In this document: positions 57,673 to 64,000 of the stretch, piece after piece
Layout of the letters: the number at the start of each line of letters is the position of its first letter
How positions within the stretch are numbered: the first letter of the stretch is position 1
Assembly (NCBI GenBank): GCA_963762255.1
Contig: CAVXKA010000001.1
Span: 1,568,001 to 1,632,000 of the forward strand
DNA from: Candidatus Eiseniibacteriota bacterium
GTDB lineage: Bacteria; Eisenbacteria; RBG-16-71-46; JABDJR01
Direction of reading: 5' to 3'
DNA: 64,000 nucleotides
Program-made: the position numbers and the translations under genes
Notes under the pieces: generated by a model
Databases searched by the model: none
The model's input: the letters and a program-made list of their open reading frames with translations, nothing else
Told to the model about the DNA's origin: nothing

Positions 57673-59609
57673 GATCCGGCCGTGAACCCGTAACGCAGCC
57701 CCAGCAGGAACTCGCGCCCGGAGGTCGCATAGCCGCGGAGATCCTCGTAGCGTGTGTCGAAGACGTTTCGCCCCTCGATGTCGAGCCGCAGGGACGGCCG
57801 TGCCTGCCAGCGCACGCGCGCATGCCATACCGCGTATCCGTCGGACCATTTTGTATTGGCGGCGGTGAGGGGAATGCGCGCGGTTCCGCGTGCTCCCGCC
57901 GCGAATGTCCACTGCCCCATCCGCCATCCCAGCTCTCCGAAGCCGAAGGTGCGCGGCCGTCCGACGAGCTGCATGCCGCCGGTCACCGGATCGCCGGTCC
58001 GGTCCTCGGTATCGAGCCAGTTGAGCGCGGCATCGAAATACGCCGGCATCGGAACCTCTGCGATCCGATCCGGCACGCCCATCTCGCGCAGGCTCAGCGA
58101 CGCATCCGCCTCCACCCCACGCAAGCGCGCCTCGAGCACGTTGCGCGGACGCCACACGCCGTCGGCTCCTGGCGTCCACTGGATGAGGTCGGACACGCGG
58201 GATGTGAAGAGCGCGATCTGGGCGCGCGAGGCGCCTCGGCGCGCTTCTACCGCGAAATCGATATCGCTCGCGTGCTCGGGGCGCAGGTGCGGGTTGCCCG
58301 CCGCGCTGGCGCGGGCGGGCCAGAAGAGGTCGTCAAAGGTCGGGGGGCGAAACGAGGTCCCGGCGCCGGCGCGAAGCGCGATCCATCGCGAAGAGCCCGC
58401 CTCACCGACGACCGTTCGCGCGACACTGACGCGCGCGGTGCCGTGCGGTGCGAACCCCTCGATCGCGTCCGCACGCAGCGCCAGCGAGCCGCCCCAACGT
58501 CCGCGCGACTGCTGGATGAGGAACGTAGTCGCGGCCCGCCCTCTCGATACGTCGCCGTCGGTCGTGCTCTGCAGGCGGTCGGCGGTTCCGTCGACACGAG
58601 CGGTCACGTCGCCGCGGCCGAGGGTGTCCCTCCAACTCGCGGCCAGACGCAGTTGCCGGTTCTCGTGGCGGTCGTCGACCGCACCGAGCGGGTTCGCATG
58701 ATCTTCGAAGCGCCTCGTGAACGCGAACGCGGAGAGATCCATATCGAGCGATCCCGGCACGCCTTGCGCGCTCACGCCTCGCGCACCCAGCGCGACCTCG
58801 GTGAAGTCGTCCCGACGCCCGGCGCCCGGGGAGGGGAAGGCGGTGCTTCCGGGGACATCGCGGCGATCTCGACGGTGTTCCGCGGACGCCTCCAGCGAAG
58901 CCGCCCACAGCGGATGGTAGGCCGCGCGCGCGCGGAATCCCGCGCCGCTCGCGTCCGCGCTGCGATCGCCGAGGCGCGGCGACGCGGTCTCGGCACGCAC
59001 CATCCCGTCGACCGTCCATCGTCCCTCTTGCCAGCCGGAAGTTGCGCGCAAGAGCCCTCGGCCTTCCGTTCCCGCCGCGATCCTCAACGCGGTCTCCGGC
59101 GCGCGATCCTCGCGGCGGACGAGGTTCACCGCCCCGCCCAGAGCTTCGGGACCGTAGAGAGCGCCCACCGCGCCGCGCACGATCTCGATGCGGTCGAGCG
59201 ACTCCGGGTCCAGCGGGCCGAGATCGACCCCGCCGCCCTGCGCGGTGTTGAGCGGGCGCCCGTCCACGAGGACAGCCACGCGGTCGGTGGGGAGCCCGCG
59301 CAGAGAGACACCGCGCGACTGGCCGTCGCCGAGGTCGATCATGCGGAGGCCGGCCACGGAAATCATCGCGTCGGCAAGATCGATCGGATCGCGCCGCAGG
59401 AGCCAGGCGCGGTCGAGCACCGTGCGCGCGCCCGGTTCAGCCGGAACCGGGCGATAGCGCGGCGCGCTGACGCGGATCGGTGGGAGCGTGTAGGTGGGGA
59501 GTTCGGCCACGAGCGTCGTGTCGACAGGGGCGCGACTCGGCCGGGCCTGCGGCGCCGTCGCTCCCGCTGGCGAAAACAGAAGCGCGCAGACGATGAAGAG
59601 CGCGCTCAC
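57669..59609 (-). CDS. btuB: TonB-dependent receptor, BtuB-like
   Basis: Plug SLRG.....V.VLVDG, RIEIVRG...ALYG..ALGG.VN; SFRPPTFDDLFW...GNP.L.PE; NVFD..Y; under a cobalamin riboswitch. Confidence 0.82.
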   Translation of the reverse strand: MSALFIVCALLFSPAGATAPQARPSRAPVDTTLVAELPTYTLPPIRVSAPRYRPVPAEPGARTVLDRAWLLRRDPIDLADAMISVAGLRMIDLGDGQSRGVSLRGLPTDRVAVLVDGRPLNTAQGGGVDLGPLDPESLDRIEIVRGAVGALYGPEALGGAVNLVRREDRAPETALRIAAGTEGRGLLRATSGWQEGRWTVDGMVRAETASPRLGDRSADASGAGFRARAAYHPLWAASLEASAEHRRDRRDVPGSTAFPSPGAGRRDDFTEVALGARGVSAQGVPGSLDMDLSAFAFTRRFEDHANPLGAVDDRHENRQLRLAASWRDTLGRGDVTARVDGTADRLQSTTDGDVSRGRAATTFLIQQSRGRWGGSLALRADAIEGFAPHGTARVSVARTVVGEAGSSRWIALRAGAGTSFRPPTFDDLFWPARASAAGNPHLRPEHASDIDFAVEARRGASRAQIALFTSRVSDLIQWTPGADGVWRPRNVLEARLRGVEADASLSLREMGVPDRIAEVPMPAYFDAALNWLDTEDRTGDPVTGGMQLVGRPRTFGFGELGWRMGQWTFAAGARGTARIPLTAANTKWSDGYAVWHARVRWQARPSLRLDIEGRNVFDTRYEDLRGYATSGREFLLGLRYGFTAGS

Positions 59610-61231
59610 GGCAACAGAACCACGCGGCTCACCGCGGTGCGCGCGCCCTGGCATGCGCGAATGAAATAGATGCCGGGAGACACTCCCTGCATCTCCCATG
59701 TCGCGCCTGTCGCGCCGGGAGCGATCCGAGTCGTCGCGGCAATCCGTCCCGCGGCGTCGATGAGGGCAACGTGAATCACCCCGTCGTCGCCGCCCGAGAC
59801 CGCCAACGCGAGCGCCCCCCGCGCGGGGTTCATCGCGGGGCGCACGGCCAGCGGGGGGTGCGCGGAGGGTGCGTGCTGCGCCTCTCGAATCCCCAGCACC
59901 TCGGACGATCCGTCGCGCCATGTGGCGGAGAGACGGTAGACGAGGCGCCCCGCGGGAGCATGTTCGTCCATCACGCCGGCCTTCAACCCGTCCGGCGCCA
60001 TGGTGAGATCGCTCGCTGCGACCTCAGCCACAACGGTCCAGGCGGCGTCAGAATCGGCCGCCACACAGGGCCCGATGGCCTCGTCCAATGCGGGCGGTCC
60101 GTCAACGGCCCGCGCCACCGAGAACCGCACGGCATCGGCGTCGCGATCGACGGTCCAGCGCACGCTGACGCCGCGCGCGGTCGATTCCGCGGTGAAGGCG
60201 AGCAGCCGCACCGGCACCGCCGCTTCGGGGAGCAAGGCGAGCCACGATGGCCCGTCTCCCGTCGGGAAAGTCGCTTCCGGCGTGCAGTCGCTCAGTTGAA
60301 CTCGAACCAGGAGGTCGTCGCCGTAGAGCGCCACGTAGAGATGCCCGGCTCCATCCGCAAGCATTCCGGAGTACCCGGCGCCGCCGAAGGCGATAGGGTC
60401 GGTGAAGGAGTGGAGCACCTCGCGCGTGGAGGTCCGGTAGCTTGCGATGCCGCCGAAATAATCGCTCGCGTAGCCGACGCCATCAACGATCTCCAGATAC
60501 CCGGGGCTTCCCCCCAATAGCACGGTGTCGACGGGGGCGAGAGCGGCGATGGAGACGACATGGATTTCGCCGAACACGGAGAAATAGTTGCCGGTGCAGA
60601 TCACGTGCAGCTCGCCTCCCGTCGCGTGCATCCACTGCGGATTCAGCCCCACCGGGACCGTTCCCAGGTTCGCGAGTGAGCCGGCATCGAGGACGGTGAG
60701 CGCGCCGGGGTCGTATCCGAAATCGGTGAGGCGAATGCCGGAATCGGCGACGTAGAGCCGCCCGTCGACGAGCAGCAACCCCTCGGGGGCCCGCCCCACC
60801 GCGACGCGGCCGACTTCGGTGCCGCCCGCGTCGAACTTGACGACCTGGCTCGTGAGAAAGAGCGACGCGTAGACGTCTCCCGCGTCGTTCACCGCCACCG
60901 CATACGGGTTGGTCCCGACGCCGGTGCGCAGGGTGTCGAGCGGGTCCAGCGTAGATGCGTCCAGCACCATCAGGAGGTCGGCACCGGACACCGCGACGTA
61001 GAGCTTTCCACCGTGAACCGCCGCGTTCCCGGGGAATCCGGGAAACGTGAAGGCGTTCAGCGTGGACTGGCCGGTGGCGAGATCCACAAGGGACAGTGTG
61101 TTGTCGTTTCCGTTGAGAATGGCCGCTCGAGGGGCGGCTGACACGGGTGCAATGAACGCGGGTGCGATGAACGCGGGCGCGGCGAGCGCGGCGAGACCGA
61201 AGAAGAGGAGTCGGAAGAGCGAACGGTGCAT
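59606..61231 (-). CDS. YncE/BtuG-like beta-propeller with Sec signal, PV.L..F.A Ig-like domain and T9SS-like CTD
   Basis: GGGAGG RBS; no lipobox Cys; YVTN-like blades; AVPVRLLAFTAE; NPARG...IDAAGR...PGIYFIR...RVVLLP. Confidence 0.8.
   Translation of the reverse strand: MHRSLFRLLFFGLAALAAPAFIAPAFIAPVSAAPRAAILNGNDNTLSLVDLATGQSTLNAFTFPGFPGNAAVHGGKLYVAVSGADLLMVLDASTLDPLDTLRTGVGTNPYAVAVNDAGDVYASLFLTSQVVKFDAGGTEVGRVAVGRAPEGLLLVDGRLYVADSGIRLTDFGYDPGALTVLDAGSLANLGTVPVGLNPQWMHATGGELHVICTGNYFSVFGEIHVVSIAALAPVDTVLLGGSPGYLEIVDGVGYASDYFGGIASYRTSTREVLHSFTDPIAFGGAGYSGMLADGAGHLYVALYGDDLLVRVQLSDCTPEATFPTGDGPSWLALLPEAAVPVRLLAFTAESTARGVSVRWTVDRDADAVRFSVARAVDGPPALDEAIGPCVAADSDAAWTVVAEVAASDLTMAPDGLKAGVMDEHAPAGRLVYRLSATWRDGSSEVLGIREAQHAPSAHPPLAVRPAMNPARGALALAVSGGDDGVIHVALIDAAGRIAATTRIAPGATGATWEMQGVSPGIYFIRACQGARTAVSRVVLLP
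61144..61180. repeat. 15-bp tandem repeat (about 2.5 copies) encoding APAFI in a signal peptide
   Basis: cgggtgc[a/g]atgaacg x2 + cgggcgc. Confidence 0.7.
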
Positions 61232-61311
61232 GGTGAAAGCCTCCCTTTCCACGCAGGGTGGCCTTCGAGACGGCGGGATCGGACGGCGGCGCGAGGCCCG
61301 GCGAGGCGGGC

Positions 61312-61347
61312 AAAAAGAAACCCGCCTCGAGAAGATGCCGAGACGGG
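61312..61347 (-). terminator. intrinsic terminator in the riboswitch expression platform
   Basis: CCCGUCUCG-9 nt-CGAGGCGGG followed by UUUCUUUUU. Confidence 0.75.
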
Positions 61348-61390
61348 CGCACCGTCGGTCGTCCTCACCTCCTCGAAGGACATGACTTCG

Positions 61391-61579
61391 CGTCCGCGAC
61401 CGGTCTCCTGACTTGCGGGTCGTCCTCGGGTCGCCCCTTCCCGGAGGATTGATCCTCCAGTGGGTTCGTTCTCGCCGGGCGCGTCTTCCACCGCGCGTCG
61501 CCGAGATGCGACCGTCGTCGCCGCTCACAGTGGCGGGTCCGTGCCGGATTCACACCGGCTTCCCGTATCACCGCGGACG
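61391..61579 (-). ncRNA. cobalamin riboswitch
   Basis: GGGAAGCCGGTGTGAATCCGGCACGGACCCGCCACTGT...CCACTG...GGGAAG...AGTCAGGAGACC, closed by P1 CGTCCGCG/CGCGGACG. Confidence 0.95.
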
Positions 61580-61588
61580 TTTGCCGGC

Positions 61589-61617
61589 AGCATACTCGCG
61601 CATGAAGCCCCGGTCAA
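61589..61617 (-). promoter_or_regulatory. sigma70 promoter of the riboswitch/btu operon
   Basis: TTGACC-17 bp-TATGCT ending 10 bp before the riboswitch P1. Confidence 0.75.
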
Positions 61618-61632
61618 GATCGCGGCAGCCCA

Positions 61633-61661
61633 TTGTCTCCGGCCGTCGATATGTGGATAAT
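61633..61661 (+). promoter_or_regulatory. putative divergent promoter for the histidine kinase
   Basis: TTGTCT-17 bp-GATAAT. Confidence 0.45.
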
Positions 61662-61744
61662 GCCTGCAGTTGACCGGGCAGTTCCGCGGGGCGATCGTGC
61701 GCCCCGCCACTCTGGAAAGTCCCCGATGGGATGGGAGCCCCACC

Positions 61745-64000
61745 GTGAACCGTGCCTCCGGCGCCAGCCTGCGGTTCTTGCTCCTTGGCGTGGTCATCCT
61801 CGCGCTGGCCCCTCTATTCGTGCTCACGTTCTTCACCGCGGCGCGCAATCGCGCGGCAGCGGGGCGCGACTTCGAGCAACACGCCCTCCAGTTCGCGGAA
61901 ATCGTCTCTCTGCAGGAGCGCGAAATGATGGAGCGGGGGAGATCAATCCTCCTCTCCATGTCGGAGGCCGCCGAGATCCGGGCGATGGTGGGGGCCGCGC
62001 CGAGCGCCCCGAGACCGGAGGATGTTCGCCGAGCCGACGAGTACCTCGCCCGGCAGCTCCGCCTCCATCCCGAATACCTGAACCTGGGCTTCGCCGACAT
62101 TACCGGCCGCGTCTGGTGCAGCGCCCTCCCGTTGCCCGAAATCGTGAACGTCAGCGACCGCGATTATTTCCGGCGGGCCGTAGCCGAAAAGGGATTCGGG
62201 GTCGGTGTCTATCAAGTAGGCCGGATCACCGGCAAGCCGGCCATCAACCTCGGCCAAGCGGTCCTCGATCCGCAGGGCGACGTTGTCGGAGTGGTCTACC
62301 TGGCCAGCGATCTCAGAATCACCGATCAGTTCAGCGGACAGATGCACGTGTCGCTCCCCGACGCCGTAGCCGTCACCATCCTCGACCGCAACGGCGTCAT
62401 TCTGGTGCGACATCCCGGCGAGTCTCGGGCAGTCGGGACGCGCGCGCAGGAGATCGCGCTCATCAAGGACGGGTTGCCGCAGGGGCATGGAATCGCCCAC
62501 GGCGTGGACTCGACCGGCACGCGCTACCTTCACGTGTTCTCGCGAGTCTCGGGCGGTGTCCGGTCAGGCGACGCCTATGTTCTTCTGACTTTCCCCGAAG
62601 AAGAGGCGTATCGCCAGATCAACGCGGAGCTGCGCCGGTATCTGCTGACCCTGGCCGCGGTGGCGGCGGCGGCGATTCTGCTCGGCTATCTCGCCATCGT
62701 CACGGTCGTGCTGCGTCCGGCACGATCGCTACTGCGGGCGACGGATCGCCTCACCGCCGGGGATCTCACCGCTCGCGCCGGTCCGCCCTACGGCGGCGGC
62801 GAGGTGGGCGCTCTCTCGATCGCTTTCGACCGCATGGCGGTGGCGTTGCAGGAGCGGCAGGAGGAGCGGGACCGTGCCGAGGCCGCGCTGCGGGTTTCCG
62901 AAGCGAACTACCGGTCGCTGGTCAACGAGGCACCCTACGGCATCGTCCGGGCCGACGTGAACGGCCGGCTGCTGGAGGTCAACCCCGCCGCCGTGAAGAT
63001 GTTCGGTTACGACTCGGAGGAGGAACTGAAGCGAGTCAATACCAAGGACCTGTACTGCGACCCTGAGGAACGAGCGGACCTTCTGAAGGACTTGCTGAAG
63101 AAGAAGACGGCCACCGAGAGGTCCGGCTTCAAGTGCATGCGGAAGGACGGGAGCATCATCACGATCCGCCTCGCCGCGCGGTGGGTCTTGGACGATTCAG
63201 GGAAGCCGCTGCATATCGACGCCGTGGTCGTGGACGAGACCGAACGGCATCACCTGGAGCAGCAGCTCGCGCAGGCCCAGAAGATGGAGGCGGTGGGCCG
63301 TCTCGCCGGCGGGATCGCTCACGACTTCAACAATCTGCTCGGAGTGATCCTCGGCCACAGCGATCTCATGCTGCAGGATCTGGGGCCGGACGCCCCCAAC
63401 ATGGCTGCGCTGCGGGAGGTCCGGGACGCCGCGGCACACGGGGCGGCTCTGACCCGGCAACTCCTGGGCTTCAGTCGCCTCCAGGTGACCCAGCCGGCTG
63501 TCCTCGACATCAACACGCCGGTGGCGAATGTGCGACGCATCCTGGAGCGGCTCATCGGCGAGAGCTATACGCTGCAAGTGGAGGCCGGATCCGGGCTGCC
63601 TGCGGTATGCATCGACCCCATCCAGGTGGAACAGGTCGTGATGAACCTGGTGATCAACGCGCGGGATTCGATGCCGGCCGAAGGCGTGATCACCCTGACC
63701 ACGGCGGCCGTGAAGTTCACCGATTCCACCGTCGTCGTCGGCGGGGACATGCCCCCGGGTGAGTATGTCTGTCTTGCGGTGCGTGATCACGGTGTGGGCA
63801 TCGCCCCCGAGGTCCGACCGTACATTTTCGAGCCTTTCTTCACCACGAAGGAGAGCCCACGGGACACCGGACTCGGTCTGGCGATCGTGTTCGGCATCGC
63901 CACGCAGGCCGAAGGATTCGTGAGAGTCCAGAGCGAAGTGGGCAAGGGGACGATCGTGGAAGTCTTCCTTCCCCTGTGCCGGCGAGCGCCGGCGCCGGCG
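61745..64000 (+). CDS. sensor histidine kinase (TM-Cache-TM-HAMP-PAS-HisKA-HATPase), runs off window end
   Basis: Manual translation from GTG 61745: NVSDRDYF Cache; QKMEAVGRLAGGIAHDFNNLL; NLVINARD; IFEPFFTTK; TGLGLA. Absent from the ORF track because it has no stop in the window. Confidence 0.92.
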   Translation, partial: MNRASGASLRFLLLGVVILALAPLFVLTFFTAARNRAAAGRDFEQHALQFAEIVSLQEREMMERGRSILLSMSEAAEIRAMVGAAPSAPRPEDVRRADEYLARQLRLHPEYLNLGFADITGRVWCSALPLPEIVNVSDRDYFRRAVAEKGFGVGVYQVGRITGKPAINLGQAVLDPQGDVVGVVYLASDLRITDQFSGQMHVSLPDAVAVTILDRNGVILVRHPGESRAVGTRAQEIALIKDGLPQGHGIAHGVDSTGTRYLHVFSRVSGGVRSGDAYVLLTFPEEEAYRQINAELRRYLLTLAAVAAAAILLGYLAIVTVVLRPARSLLRATDRLTAGDLTARAGPPYGGGEVGALSIAFDRMAVALQERQEERDRAEAALRVSEANYRSLVNEAPYGIVRADVNGRLLEVNPAAVKMFGYDSEEELKRVNTKDLYCDPEERADLLKDLLKKKTATERSGFKCMRKDGSIITIRLAARWVLDDSGKPLHIDAVVVDETERHHLEQQLAQAQKMEAVGRLAGGIAHDFNNLLGVILGHSDLMLQDLGPDAPNMAALREVRDAAAHGAALTRQLLGFSRLQVTQPAVLDINTPVANVRRILERLIGESYTLQVEAGSGLPAVCIDPIQVEQVVMNLVINARDSMPAEGVITLTTAAVKFTDSTVVVGGDMPPGEYVCLAVRDHGVGIAPEVRPYIFEPFFTTKESPRDTGLGLAIVFGIATQAEGFVRVQSEVGKGTIVEVFLPLCRRAPAPA

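Noticed and set aside
51104-60700. Plus-strand ORFs across the ftcD/btu region
   Set aside because: Antisense to well-supported, coupled minus-strand genes.
61633-63762. ORF-track proteins 61633-63066 and 63133-63762
   Set aside because: Wrong frames; the real gene is the histidine kinase from 61745 that runs off the window.
1-64000. CRISPR array, tRNA/rRNA, transposase, integrase, prophage or anti-phage defence genes
   Set aside because: No spaced direct repeats, cloverleafs or matching protein motifs found by eye.

Overview
High-GC bacterial window with no rRNA, tRNA, CRISPR array or mobile element. Three secreted proteins carry FlgD/T9SS-like C-terminal sorting domains, which suggests an FCB-superphylum organism such as Ca. 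Eisenbacteria or Krumholzibacteriota (inference). (1) 1-9.2 kb: a string of small accessory genes (APH-like fragment, Cdd1/HhH, HD protein, aldo-keto reductase, SGNH hydrolase, orphan trpF, DsrE/YedF, hemolysin III, YbhB, double GNAT, DUF1330, cupin, lipoproteins). (2) 9.3-49.4 kb: one largely translationally coupled surface-glycan/glycosylation locus of about 40 kb. It holds three GT-C enzymes (DUF2723/TMEM260-like with TPR, YfhO, ArnT/PMT-like), polyprenol-phosphate sugar synthases, HddA/HddC heptose enzymes, GT2s and GT4s, an AsnB-like amidotransferase, two FemAB-like GNATs, a deacetylase-like protein, a flippase, and a PorZ-like beta-propeller with a sorting domain in frame behind a GT2 and a degenerate phosphoglycosyl transferase. 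(3) 49.4-55 kb: HEXXH-TPR protein and nth, then ftcD, a lipid kinase and a beta-helix lipoprotein on the minus strand. (4) 55-61.6 kb: a cobalamin-riboswitch-controlled operon with a BtuB-like receptor, a BtuG-like lipoprotein, a BtuG-like paralogue with a secretion CTD instead of a lipid anchor, and a second CTD-bearing protein. (5) 61.7-64 kb: a truncated Cache-HAMP-PAS histidine kinase. Six +1 frameshifts in conserved genes point to indel errors in the sequence, so apparent fusions and splits need read-level checks. All family calls come from motif recognition by eye, not database searches.
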